Of a stretch of DNA of 64,000 nt, positions 1-12,267 are shown one piece after another. The notes beneath the pieces are model-generated. The model saw only the letters and a program-made list of their open reading frames with translations, searched no databases and was not told the origin of the DNA. Positions within the stretch are counted from its first letter, which is position 1. Each line of letters opens with the position of its first letter. Source of the DNA: Leucoraja ocellata (lineage: Eukaryota); the NCBI GenBank assembly GCA_036785375.1, contig JAWMAR010000063.1, forward strand, positions 7,068,001-7,132,000. The letters are read 5' to 3'. The translations under genes and the position numbers were made by a program.

Positions 1-170
1 AGTGGGAAGAAGGAAAGAAGTTAGAAATGTGGAGGAGATGAAAAATTGAAAAATAATGACCGAAAGAGAATGAAAGGAAAGGTAAAGAAAGATTGAAGTT
101 AGAGTAGACAAGAAGAGGAGGTAAACAAGAAAGAAAGAGTAAAGCAACATGATAAATAAAGCAGGACAGT
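1..170. repeat. Purine (GA)-rich low-complexity tract
   Basis: Almost exclusively A/G on + (gaaggaaagaag..., gaaagaagagtaaag). Confidence 0.7.
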
Positions 171-1392
171 GCGGCAGCACAAACTATATTATAGAGTCAG
201 TTCTTAAATGCATAGGAGGTGCTCCCATAGTTTAAACAAGACTTGTATTGTTACAGTCCATTAAGTACTTGATCAACATTCAACTTAAAAAATAAAATCA
301 GCACTGCACTACATACACAACATTTTAATTATGGCATAGGGCAAGATGACTGTGAATGTATAATGATCATACTGCGCATAGGAAAGAGTTAAGAGGTGCA
401 GCGATATACTGTACAGTACTTCTCATGATTCTTTCCCATGCACAGTATGAGAAATATAAATAACCTCAGCTCTCAAACTGCAATAGTACTGGCGAGCCTG
501 GTGTAAACATTCTGTAACATCTAGCAGTGCTAAAAAATTACAAGTAAATCAATATGCCTCAAGTGAAATTAGCCAATTAATGTTGAAAAGTGACCAGAAA
601 GATAGTAGACAATTGTGATTCCAATAGCTGTAATGATGAACAGTGAGGTAATCAACACTCATAAATCATAACTTTATTGGGGGGGAAATTAATCATATTT
701 CACGATGCTAATGATAACATAAATATCAATCAATATTCAGAGCAATAACACAAGAAATGGGAAATGCTATCAATGGGAAACTCAGCCAATCTAAACAATA
801 TCACTTGCACTCATATATAAACACAAAGAGTAAACTTAAGTGTGAGGCAGTTATTAAATTATGACAAAATGCATAACAATAGCCAAGGGTGATACAAAAC
901 AAATAGGCCAACAATTAAACCAATGAGATAGCAATGAAAATTAGTTAACGCGTAATTAATGTTAACATTAACAATTTAATTAACAAAATATATAATCATA
1001 TCAACAGGACAACTGTCAGATGCTGAATTTTTGACAAATGAAATGCATATAATCTTAGCTTCACGGTGAACTGTCATTAATAGTGAAGGTTAAATTTTAA
1101 TCTGTTCAAGCCTTGTCTCTTTACAATTTGTGAATAATGATCATTAGAAGGAAGCCTACTTATCACCTTATTGTAATAATTACATTATCCAAAAACAGAT
1201 CTCGCTATTTAATGAGCTTGCAGCTAATGGCGTCGACCATTACTGTGCAGACTATTTCAGGCAGCATATTTCACGATGGTATTTTAGCACTCGGTCTATA
1301 ATCTGTGTCTCTGTGCTCCTCTGAGCTTTTCAATGAAGTTCGGTAATGTGTCTCCCAGGAGAATGCAGAACATTAAGATTTAGGCAACTTAC

Positions 1393-1430
1393 TGGGCACC
1401 TCATTAAACCGCGGATCCTCATGATTACCA
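1393..1430 (-). CDS. Candidate 38-nt internal micro-exon of an unidentified host gene
   Basis: Minus strand: ctctcattattcttttAG|TGGTAATCATGAGGATCCGCGGTTTAATGAGGTGCCCA|GTAAGT. Strong acceptor and consensus donor. Open as GNHEDPRFNEVP or VIMRIRGLMRCP; neither is recognised. Confidence 0.35.
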
Positions 1431-1616
1431 CTAAAAGAATAATGAGAGACTGTCAAAGGAGAAAACTACTTCTGGGCTGATGTGGGAGTAAGAAATTAGC
1501 AGTTTTAAATAAGAGAACTCATACGAAGCAGTTGGCATTTCTGCTCACTGGCTTCTCTGCCTGTCTCACATTCCCCATCAAGCCGGGGAGACACCTCAGT
1601 CCTGGACATCAGCTCA

Positions 1617-1760
1617 ATGAATGAATGAATGAATGAATGTATGAATGAATGAATACTTTATTGTCATATGTGACAAGTTACAGCAAAATTCTTTGCTTGC
1701 CTACCCAAGGTATGCAATAGTTGCCACATAAAGTCCGTTGAAAAGGTTACAAGGCAATCA
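1617..1760 (-). mobile_element. Rex1/Babar-type LINE 3' end with (TTCA)n tail
   Basis: (TGAA)n microsatellite directly followed by tactttattgtcat (AATAAA-like signal on minus), the typical reverse-complemented LINE tail. Confidence 0.55.
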
Positions 1761-2059
1761 CTGAGAAAATGTCCACACAAATGTGGCTGATTGATTCCTT
1801 TCAGCATGAAATCTAGTTACATTACCATGTCTTAGATTATGCCGATCCTACATTAGAATGGAATATTGAGGACTATTGAAATGGAGGATCAGATTTGTTC
1901 AGAAAGGTATCAAACATTCTTCATTTGGTCAACTTCAGCAGACTGGTTAAATTTCTAATGAATACTAATATCAGTTGGGCTGCTGGAAGGTTTCACCACA
2001 GTGATGCCCATAATGAACCAAACGGCAAGTTGCTTGCAATGGTCTATTGAGGAAGCAGT

Positions 2060-2165
2060 TGGAAATGCTACAGACGGTGGTATTTTTAAAGCGGAGATTG
2101 ATAGGTTCTTGATTAATAAGAGCTTCAAAGGTTACAGGGAGAAGGCATGAGAATGTAGATGAGAA
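2060..2165 (+). mobile_element. CR1 LINE 3' fragment
   Basis: tttaaagcggagattgataggttcttgatt...aaaggttacagggagaaggca; same as CR1 3' end at 54470-54545. Confidence 0.75.
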
Positions 2166-5100
2166 CATGCTCAACTAAAAACATGCAAAACTTTTGTATC
2201 CATATCAACCTTGGCATGAAAATGTTCGCATTTGAGTCCACTACACTGTACGGTAATGATCCTGCCTCCAATGAGTCCCCGCACCAAATTCTCTCTGATT
2301 GCCAGACTACAGCCTGAGAATGTCTAGTGCATCACCCTGTGACATGAGTCCCTCTAATATTTGGTCATTGCTCATGGTGCTCGTGTCTAAGGAGTTGCTG
2401 TGGCATGGCCACTCAGTGATGTACTTTGTTCACCAACATCATCCTCATTCCTGTTCTCCTGCTACATTCCCTCCACTAAAACCTCCTCTCCTTCCTGTTC
2501 CCCCTGCTCCTCTTCTGGGAATGGCCTATCCCAAGAAAGCACAAAGGCAAAATGGAATATAGACGCTTGGTCAAAATTCTGGAATAACCTCTGAAACTCT
2601 TTGACATTCGACCTCTCTCTTTATCTTTAAGTTCCTCCTTGAACATTTTATGTAAGTTTGTCATCTGGAGACAATGGCTTTTGCCACATTTTCATTTCTA
2701 TGGGGATCCTCTTACACTTCACTTAAACAGACCAGCGCTGATCATCAGAAACCATTCTGTCGAGGGAAGGGTTACCTGCGACTGAACTCAGTCTGTTCCC
2801 ATACATCGACACCATTCCAGCAGCAGACAGCTGTTTGTGATTAGGAGTAGGAGACTCGACTATATATTTTCCTTTCTGTAACCCAGTGACACCTAGGTTA
2901 ATGTTAACATTTCCACCGCAACTACGTCCGAACTACAGGCTGAAAACAAGGATCAAACCAAAGACCTCACAAACCTTTTCTTTCTATGTATATACTGTAA
3001 TAATGCTTTTGAGATGTGATACTGTACTGTGGAGTGGAATAAAATTCCAATGTAGCTGTTGAAGGGTTAATCTAATTTGACTGTTAACTAAAAGTCAATT
3101 TTCCTACAAGGTAAAAAGGTTGTCCCCAATGTGCTTTTCTTACTGTATATCGCCTCCTGACTGTTTGAATTAATTTGTAGCAGTTACACACCATGTTCAA
3201 CAGTGAAGATTAAAAATAAAACACAGGGGAAAATGAAAAATAAACACCGCTGTGTGGTCAGTCCCATGAAAACCTGATAAACAATCCCCACTGGACTCCC
3301 TGGTTAGGGACTGTGGTTGGCAAAAGATGGCAGGTTGAAATGTTAGCACAAACAGAGATTGCAATCCAGGCAGTTCCGAGCCCAGGGACCGGATCTGTTC
3401 CATATTTATGCCAAGGTTCCGTTTGCAGTTCAGGCCAAAAGGCAGATTTTTTTTTATTAAATAGCGTGTAAAGATCCAAACAGCAAATGGTTTAAGTAAT
3501 CAAAACATATAACTATATATTGTGCAGTGAGCAATGCTCTTGATTTACTCTTCTGGTTCAGACCATGTCTCTGCAGGAAATAGGTACAGGGCCTATGCTG
3601 AGATCACAATACCCACACCGAACAGACTCTTAGGGAACTGCGTCAGTTTGCATCTTTCATCAACTGCATTTCATTAATCCCTACTACAGATCCACTGTAA
3701 GTTTTTACCAATATTTGTTCGATGGCCTTCGGGATGACGAAATAATTCCTTTAATCTCCACCAATGGAATAGTTGGCATATTATAAATGTCAACATTGTT
3801 TGACATACATTTTTATTGATGTGTTGAATACATTTTAAATATTAGATAGCTGGCAGTGAATTCAATGAAAAATGAAATTGGATTTACAAATGTTGGGAAA
3901 TATAATTAGTAGAAATAATATCTCTCACTGAAGCCCTTAATAACCAAACAAGGTAGTTATTTTTTATCTTAAGCTTTTAGGTGCTAATACTCAGTGAGAG
4001 TCGGAAGCAATGCGATCTCAGAACAATTATATTATGCTCAATGTATGTATATATGGTTACGCTGTACAATGGCTTTACATCTCCCATTGGTTTTATGCAT
4101 GACCTAGACATTTACATGTGACAATGCACCAGCATTGAGGTGTGACGGACCTGTAACAAAAGATGGCTTGGGAATCCCACTCATATGCTCTATAAATAAT
4201 TCTGGCAGAACACCTGATAGAAAAGGCATCAGACATGGCCGGAAGGGAGGGACTCAGTCCACAGGATACTTCCAGGAAGTGTGATTGTGAGATGGCATTA
4301 AATGTCCAATCCCCTGATCTTCACCACTCCAAGATTTAGCCATTGTACAGTTTAGACTGGAGCATAAAACTTTGCATTGGAAAAACAGAACCACATAGTT
4401 CTGCTCTCACAATGGCACGTCTAGGTGTAGTTTGGCACTCAGAACATTGCAACTGTTAAGAAACAAGTATTTCTTCATGTTTTATATGTAAACAATGCTG
4501 CATTTGGGAATAGGCAGTGAAACCTGAAGGCAGGGCATTAAAGAAAAAGGTATGTTCTTTTAGCTATTTAGGCTATGATGTGGAGAAAATATTATATATT
4601 AATGTATTCTGTACAATTCATGTCATCGACCGTGCACCAAACAATGGTTTATATCTACTTATTGTTTCATATTTCTCCTCTGCGACTGTGGGACCTCATG
4701 AAAGCATTAAGCCTGGTAGGGAGCAAAGCGATCTTTGGCTTAAATTTAGATTACTTCTTCATTTGAAGGAATGATAAAGATATTTTAGTCTCTGCATAGA
4801 CAGCGAAGTAAAAAGGAGCAAGTATTGCACATTAACCCCCCTTGTCTCAACTTTGGATTATTAGCTTGACTTTTAAGGTTAGCATTGTTTATTTTTATTG
4901 CAAGTCTATTTGTCCGATATAAGACCAAACAGATGTTCCGAAGAGTTAAAACTCTCATACAAGATTCAGCAGAAGCCATTCGAGTATGATAGAAACAGAA
5001 ACGTCACACTCAACATGAAGAACATTTCCACAGCTGAGGCTGCCTATTCATAGCTGAACCCAAACATCTTTCTACTATTCTGTTACAGCCGGTGCCAAAA

Positions 5101-5789
5101 TTACATCCATGCAAAATGGAGGAAAACAACCTCATCTAACACAAGAGGCTTAGGGGGATAATATCCTTTGACAGGAACATAGTGAAGAATTCTGCCAAAC
5201 CGAATAAGATGCTTATAATTACAAGTTGAACAGTGAAATCTTAAGAGCACTAATTTGACATTCCTCCCTAAAAGGCATTAAGAGGTTGAACGTGCAAGTG
5301 AATGAAGGCGATAATCAGGGCAAGGAGCTTCCAGTCTGTTGAACATGCCCATGGAGTTTAGGCCTATGGCTCTAAGCCGGGCAATGCAGTTCATTGCTTT
5401 GCAGGCAGGTATTAATTTTGAGCTACCTGTTTCTCTTTGCCTGAGCCACCACCACGCATTGGCAGCAGATTAAATAATGCATGTGGTAGGTATTGCTTAA
5501 AAGGCGATATCCTCTGCTGATTGGGAGGTCTACATTGATGATGCAGAGCACCCGGCATCCTTTGTGAAAGGAACCTGTGGTCTAGCATATTGAGGAATAG
5601 TTGAACATGCGGTACAGCCAAACCTCTTGCAACGCATTTAACAGCAATTAGAGCTAAGCTGCAAAGGCTTCAATACAGCCTTAAATAATGCTGGAGAGGC
5701 AACGCTTAATGTTGCCCACAGTGGTATTCAGCTGGAGTACTCACCCTATTCCATTCTGATGGTTACAAACTAGATTTTTTTTTTGAACA

Positions 5790-7810
5790 GATTTGTCAAA
5801 TGTGCTTTCCATTTCATAAAACCATGTTGATTTTGCCTAATATTATTTTTTCAAGGTGCCCTGTTATCACTTGTTTAATAATAGATTCTAGCTACTCATG
5901 CCGGGAGAACTGGTCTGTACGTTCCAATTTTCTCTCCTCCTCTTTTCTTAAATGGCCAGTTTTTACATTTGCTACTTTGCAATATGTGATCTGTTCCAGA
6001 ATTTATAGAATTTTGGAAAATGATAACCAATGTATTATCTCTGTACTCAGCTCTTTCAAAACCTTGAGATGAAGGTTATCAGGTCCTGGGAATTTTAAAA
6101 AAATAGAAAAGCTGGGTCTTCTTATAATGGTGCCATATTAAAAGTGGTAGGGGTTCAGAGGAACATGGGCGACTGTGCAAACAAGTCTGTGGTAATTAAT
6201 ATGCAGGCACAGCAAGCAATTTGGAAGGTGAATGATATGTTTGCTTTCAGACTCATTGATATATCCAGTCCTATGTTTTATCAAAGCTAATTTCTTATAA
6301 CTTCTCATTCTCTTGAAACCTGTTCATTTCCCCTATTACGACACTGAAGACGGCACAAATCATTTGTCTAATTCTTCCTCCGTTTACAAAACAACTAATC
6401 CTTTCTTCATCGATAAAGGATCAACCGTTACTTTACCAATCGATTTCCTTTTATACTTTGGCGGTCTGCTTTTATATTTCTCTGTACATTATTTTCTATG
6501 TTACTTTACCTTTTCCCATGAAAGTGTACATCTACCTTTGCCAAATTCTTACATTTTCTCAGTCCTCAGATCAATTGCCCTTTTAAGTAAGATTATATAT
6601 TTTCTTTGATCTATCATAAGTAATCTTGTTAACCCCTTTGGACGACATTTCCGTATCTGTGCCTTAATGGGAGAAATAGTTGCTGTAATCTATTGTATTA
6701 ATTCTTTTAGTATTATTCATTGCTTGTTTATTTTTAATTCCTTCAATGTAGCTTTCTATCTAACAGAGCTTACTATTGACATTTTCCTTTCTTAAGAAAT
6801 CAATACCTGGTTTGGATTGAATTCAGTTATAAAGTCATAAGGAACTGCAGAAGTTAGAATCTAGGGCGAAGCACAAAGTGCTGGAGGAACTCAGCAGGCC
6901 AGGCAGTATCTGTAGAAGGCATGAACAGGTTTAGGGTCCCAACCTATAACCTGATGTCTTAGGTCGGGACCATTCTTCAGACCAATGGTCTCATTTCATA
7001 GTACAAGTGCAAAAGTAACCTGTTCATCGACATAATGATGTTGAAAACCATCTCATAAACATGCCATGAATTGTGCCTCACCTTAAGTGTGTTAATTTGG
7101 TTTGCTAGTCTCTCTGTCGATTAAAGCCCCCCATAATTACTATGTCACCCAAATAACACATACCTCCAACTTTCTGCTTTATGCAGTGATCTACATGACC
7201 AATGTTGCTTGGGAGGTAATGGACAAGTTGCACTCCGACTGCCCTTTGTTGCTCGTTAGCTCCATGCAAACTAATACAACATCATGATTTTCCTTTCAAT
7301 TTCTTTTACCCTTTCAGTTTTTTTAGCAGTGCTGCCCCTCAGCTTTTTCTATTTTGCACGCCCTTTCTGGAAATTAAATATCCTGCATTTCCCATTTCTG
7401 TTCATTTTGCAATCTTGACAACATAATGATTATTAGAACATATCCAATTTTTCTATATATATCCATTCATCTATTTTGTTACAAATGCTGTATGAACCTA
7501 TATAAAAAGCCAACATTTTAATATTTTTGCCAGTTTTCCCTTCTCTGACTTCAACTGAAAATATGTCTAAAGTTTATATATTCTGTCCTTCCTGGCATTA
7601 TCATTGTCATGACTTATTTGGCCACATTGAACTAAACACCCTGATCACCTTGTCCTTTCTCTTTAACTTTCTAAATATCACCTTTCAAATCCTATCAATA
7701 GTCCTAGTAATTCAATTCATTTGGACACTGGGCCTACTTTCCAACAGAAGATCTGCATCTTTCCCCAGTAATCCATGCAGTGACAAGTTCTTGTTGGCCA
7801 GAAGCACTTC
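5790..7810 (-). mobile_element. Old, fragmented CR1-type LINE remnants (mostly minus)
   Basis: ccatttcataaaaccatgttga...ataatagattctagc and tcaggtcctgggaa resemble reverse-complemented CR1 RT. Heavily decayed and interrupted by a PLE repeat at ~6840-6985. Confidence 0.5.
6838..6983 (-). mobile_element. PLE-derived terminal repeat, degenerate hammerhead core
   Basis: aaggaactgcag...cacaaagtgctggaggaactcagcaggccaggcag...gggaccattcttcag; member of the ~20-copy family. Confidence 0.75.
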
Positions 7811-8049
7811 ACAGTCGATGAACATAACTCCAGAACATAATTGCAACAAATACGAAAGAGGTAAGATTTTTGGACTCTAGAAAAAAGGATGGGAATATGC
7901 AAAAAGGTAGAAATGAGGACCATGATCCTGTTCAATATGGGAAAGGCACAATGGTCACATGGACGATCCCCGTTTTAATTTTGTACTGGCTGCAAAGTAC
8001 AGCTTGCGGCTGTTCTAAAACAGCTTTGCACGTTGATATGCTTCATGAT

Positions 8050-8262
8050 TTTTTTTTTATTTACACGGAGAGTGGTATATGAAATGAGCTGCCAGAGGAG
8101 GTAGTTGAGGCAGGTACTTTAACAGCATTTAAAAGACACCTGAACAGGAAAGGTTCGGAGCGATATGGGCCAAACGGTGTCAAATGGAATAGCTTAGATG
8201 GGGCATCTTGGTTGACATGGACGAGTTGGTCCAAGGACCGCTTCCTGTGCTGTGTGACTCTA
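8050..8262 (+). mobile_element. CR1 LINE 3' end
   Basis: gagtggtatatgaaatgagctgccagaggaggtagttgaggcaggtac...ggatatgggccaaac-like...tgtgactcta. Confidence 0.85.
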
Positions 8263-8352
8263 ACTATTTTGATGGTCCGCATACTGCTAGTGGAAGTATC
8301 ATACTGGGATTGTGGAAGTATAGAAAAGTTTTGACACAGCAAGTAGTCATTC

Positions 8353-8487
8353 TGTCCTAAGAAGGGCTCCAACTCGAAACGTCACCTGTTCTTTTCTTTG
8401 TTCCAGAGATGATGCCTGACCCGCTGAATTACTCCTGCATTTTGTGTCTCTTTGGTATAAACCAGCACCTGCTGTTCCTTCCTACAA
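8353..8487 (+). mobile_element. PLE-derived terminal repeat flanked by 8-bp duplication AGTCATTC
   Basis: cctaagaagggctccaactcgaaacgtcacc...gttccttcctaca; duplication at 8345-8352 and 8488-8495. Confidence 0.8.
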
Positions 8488-8874
8488 AGTCATTCATCCC
8501 ATTGAGTCTGGGCCAGTTCAAAAATATTTACCCAACCTAATCCCATCTTTCAGCAAGAACTATATTCTAAGTACTGTTTACATGTGATGAAAGGTTCTAC
8601 TTCCAGCTCTAAATCTTTACCATCCTTTCCTTAATCTTTCTTCCAGTTAGTTTAAATCTATTCTCCTCCGGTAATAGGCCATTCCTATCTACACCAAATC
8701 ACTCATAATTATATGTGTCAATTATGTCTCCTTAGCTTATCTCAACTGACAGATAAGCTTTCCCAGTCTTGACAGCATCCTTGCAAATTGCATCCTCTAC
8801 AATGTAAATGTTCCTGTAATGTGGTGACTCAAGCTGTGACCTAATTTGAATTGTGTACAATTCTCCCTATTGGA

Positions 8875-10030
8875 TTAGAGTCATAGCATCATACTGCAGG
8901 AAACAGGCCCTTCGGCCTAACTGCCCATGCCGATCAACATGCCCTACCTACATTAGTCCCACTTGCCTGCATTTGGCCCATATCCATCTAAACCTATCCT
9001 ATTCATGTACCTGTCCAAATGTATTTTAAATGTTGTGATAGTACTTGCCTCAATTATGTCACAGTCTGCCCTCTCCTCATTCTCATCCACTTCACCTCCC
9101 AATACTTTTCCACCGGTTCCTTCTTCTCCTCACCTGCCTGCCACCCCTCTCATCAGCCCAACTCTCCTCACCTGTTGCACTCGGTTGCCTCTGATCACCT
9201 ATTAACCCGGTATATAGACTCTCCTCACCGTTCACACAGTGCCAGATTGTTCTCAACATTCATGCAAGACTCTCCAGCGATTTCCCGACTGCCTACACTG
9301 ATTCGAACCTGCCTGCCCCTGACCATTCCGTCCTGTCGTCTACCCGGATATCACCTCAGCCTTCTGTCCCCGACCACGGCCTTCGTCCCGTACCTCCTGG
9401 TTTCTGTCTGCCTCTCTCCTGGGCTGTTTGGTGTATCCCTGCAACGGCTCCTCGACTTCCTGCCTGGCTTCGACTCTCCTTTCGTCTGTCCCTCGCTGGT
9501 TTGTTTGCATCGTGTGTTGGATCTCCTGGTTACTGGACCTTCCGCTATCCCGACTACGTCTCCTGCCTGCCTCTCTTCGGAACCCTCACTCAATCCTGAG
9601 CCTCTGTGTGAGTATGGTGTACCCATTCCTGTGTTACTACTCTGTGTTACAGTATCGTAATAAAGTTCATTACCAATTAGACCTGCCTGATTCTGTGCTG
9701 CTATTGGGTCCAAGCTATACCCGTTACAAATTAACCCCTCTGACAGCTCATTCTACATGCTCACAACCCCTTGTGTAAAAAAGTTCTTATTAAATCTTTC
9801 CCCCCTCACCTTAAACCCATGACCTCTGGTTCTTGATTCCCCTAGTATGAGTAAAAGCCTATGCATTTACACCATCTACAGTATTTCCCTCATGATCTTA
9901 TATAGCTCTGTAAGATGTTCCTTCATCTTCCTGCACTCCAAGGAAGAGATTCCTAGCCCGCTCAACCTCTCCCTACAGTTCAGGCCTTTGGGTCCTGGCT
10001 ACATACCCATAAAGCCTTTTGCATTTTTTA
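8875..10030 (-). mobile_element. CR1 LINE 3' segment interrupted by a solo LTR
   Basis: agagtcatag...aaacaggcccttcggcc...gtacttgcctc|LTR|acccctctgacagctcattc...ctcaacctctccctacag; continuous CR1 sequence on both sides of the LTR. Confidence 0.85.
9057..9728 (+). mobile_element. Solo LTR (672 bp), Gypsy-type
   Basis: Starts TGTCAC, ends GTTACA; exact 5-bp TSD AATTA (9052-9056, 9729-9733); TATATA at 9211-9216; AATAAA at 9659-9664; pyrimidine-rich body. Confidence 0.9.
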
Positions 10031-10137
10031 CAACCATATGAGTTGGGCACGTAAATCTGTTTACCAAATGGCTGTCTGCACAATTTTGTGGAGAATGCAT
10101 TGAGACATGTCTTCGCAAAACATAGCACACTTGTATT

Positions 10138-10260
10138 ATTTAAGAAAGAACTGCAGATGCTGGAAAAATCAAAGGTAGACAAAAATGCTTGAGAAACTCA
10201 GCAGGTGAGGCAGCATCTATGGAGCAAAGGAATAGGTGACGTTTTCGTGTCGAGATCCTA
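10138..10260 (-). mobile_element. PLE-derived terminal repeat
   Basis: aagaactgcagatgctggaaaaatc...aaactcagcaggtgaggcagcatctatggagc...ggtgacgttttcg. Confidence 0.8.
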
Positions 10261-10736
10261 TTGAATTGTGTACAATATTGTATTATGTTTAGATATCTCT
10301 AACTTCTAGCAGTTGTGTTATCTTCAAGCATAATTATGAAACACAGATTAAAGCATTGGATGCAACAAAAGCAATGGGCCCCGACAAAAATCCCGCTATC
10401 ATACTGAAAACATTTTGCTCCAGATCTTGCCACACCCTAGGCTAAGCTCTTTCAGTTCAGCTACAACACTGACATCCAGCCAACAATGTGGAAAATTGCC
10501 CAGTTATGTCCTGACCACAAGCTGGAGAACAAATCCACCCCATTAATCTCCTCTCGATCATCAGCGTATAAGGGATAATCAATTGTGGTGTTTAGCAACA
10601 ACTTGTTCATAGAAGCTCAGTTTGGGTTTCACCAAAAATCTCTCAGATCCTGACCTCATACAGCCTTGGCTCAAACATGGGTAAGAGAGGTGAACTCCAG
10701 AGGTAACATGAACGTGTACATCAAGTGAAGGGATGT

Positions 10737-11350
10737 CATAGAAACATAGAAACATAGAAATTAGGTGCAGGAGTAGGCCATTCGGCCCTTCGAGCCTGCA
10801 CCGCCATTCAATATGATCATGGCTGATCATCCAACTCAGTATCCCGTACCTGCCTTCTCTCCATACCCCCTGATCCCCTTAGCCACAAGGGCCACATCTA
10901 ACTCCCTCTTAAATATAGCCAATGAACTGGCCTCAACTACCCTCTGTGGCAGAGAGTTCCAGAGATTCACCACTCTCTGTGTGAAAAAAGTTCTTCTCAT
11001 CTCGGTTTTAAAGGATTTCCCCTTTATCCTTAAGCTGTGACCCCTTGTCCTGGACTTCCCTAACATCGGGAACAATCTTCCTGCATCTAGCCTGTCCAAC
11101 CCCTTAAGAATTTTGTAAGTTTCTATAAGATCCCCTCTCAATCTTCTAAATTCTAGAGAGTATAAACCAAGTCTATCCAGTCTTTCTTCGTAAGACAGTC
11201 CTGACATCCCAGGAATCAGTCTGGTGAACCGTCTCTGCACTCCCTCTATGGCAATAATGTCCTTCCTCAGGTTTGGAGACCAAAACTGTACGCAATACTC
11301 CAGGTGTGGTCTCACCAAGACCCTGTACAACTGCAGTAGAACCTCTCTAC
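10737..11350 (-). mobile_element. Young 5'-truncated CR1 (HER1-type) LINE
   Basis: Intact ORF2 C-terminus LYRVLVRPHLEYCVQFWSP...RRLRGDLIETYKILKG...TRGHSL...FTQRVVNLWNSLP (ORF 10836-11357); (TTTCTATG)n tail; nearly identical to 58095-58402. Confidence 0.95.
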
Positions 11351-11389
11351 CTGTCAAGGCAGCTTTTTATCAATTATGGCATCAAGATA

Positions 11390-11482
11390 TTTGTTTAAGA
11401 AGGAACTGCAGATGCTGGAAAATCGAAGGTACACAAAAAAACTGGAAAAACTCAGTGGGTGCAGCAGCATCTATGGAGCGAA
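11390..11482 (-). mobile_element. Truncated PLE-derived repeat flanked by 12-bp duplication GGCATCAAGATA
   Basis: Duplication at 11378-11389 and 11483-11494; body aaggaactgcagatgctggaaaatcgaaggtacac...catctatggagcg. Confidence 0.85.
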
Positions 11483-12215
11483 GGCATCAAGATACTCTGG
11501 CTAAACCCAAGTCAATGGGAGTTTAGTTCCGTTTAGCTTAGTTTATTGTCTCATGTACTGAGGTGCACTGAGGACTGGTCCTTCAGGGTAGTGTGTAAGA
11601 TCCAAGCATCTACAGCTGCTTTGTCAATGACCTACCTTTAATCATATGGTCAGAAATAGGAATATTCCCTGATGATTGCACAATGGTTAACAACATTCAT
11701 GACTCCTCAGATATGAAGCCGTCCATATCCAAATGCAGCAATCCTGGACTAATAAGTGGCCAGTAACATGCATGCCACACTAGAGTCAGGCAATGATATC
11801 CAACAATTCAGCTTTCACCCTTTGACATTCAATGGCATTCTCATCACTGAATCCCCCACTGTTAATATCCTGGGATTACCTGTTTCAGTGCTGTATTGAT
11901 ACATGACTGTGATAAGTCAATTGGATGGCTACCTCCATGAGGTGAATGGGTTTTGGGGCATTCTCACAATCTTTTGCTACTGATGTTCAGACCTTCTTCA
12001 CACGTTTAAATAAACTCGCATGAGGATTAGCAGATAGATCAACCTTGCATGCTACATGTTTGTGGTCACCGGCTACTTCTTGGCTGTGCCATGGTGAGGA
12101 AATTCAGGCAGGAGTGCAGAACGTTGGAACGATAGCGGTCTGTCTCCTCAGAATCATTGGCCCAACTTCTCTACCTTTGGTTCACCCTTTCACTTGACCA
12201 GGGTGCAGTTAAATC

Positions 12216-12267
12216 CGAAGATAGACCGAAAATGCTGGAGTTGCTCAGCGGGTCAGGCAGCATCTCT
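12216..12267 (-). mobile_element. Short PLE-derived repeat fragment flanked by 8-bp duplication GTTAAATC
   Basis: Duplication at 12208-12215 and 12268-12275. Confidence 0.75.

Larger units (their letters stand above)
10345..11880 (+). mobile_element. Old non-LTR retrotransposon RT remnant (CR1/L2 group) split by younger insertions
   Basis: Decayed frames read LKALDATKAMGPDK, AKLFQFSYNT, MWKIAQLCP, KAAFYQLWHQD, PDDCTM (RT motifs). Confidence 0.75.

Noticed and set aside
2776-2939. Minus-strand acceptor/donor pair
   Set aside because: Stops in all three frames; at most a non-coding exon, which the sequence alone cannot support.
9019-9660. 213-aa + strand ORF
   Set aside because: Lies in a pyrimidine-rich solo LTR, starts in flanking CR1 sequence, is Ser/Pro/Leu-biased and has no recognisable domain.
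8846-10276. 16-bp direct repeat ttgaattgtgtacaat at 8846 and 10261
   Set aside because: It brackets a mixture of unrelated elements rather than one insertion; AT-rich and cannot be assigned as a TSD.
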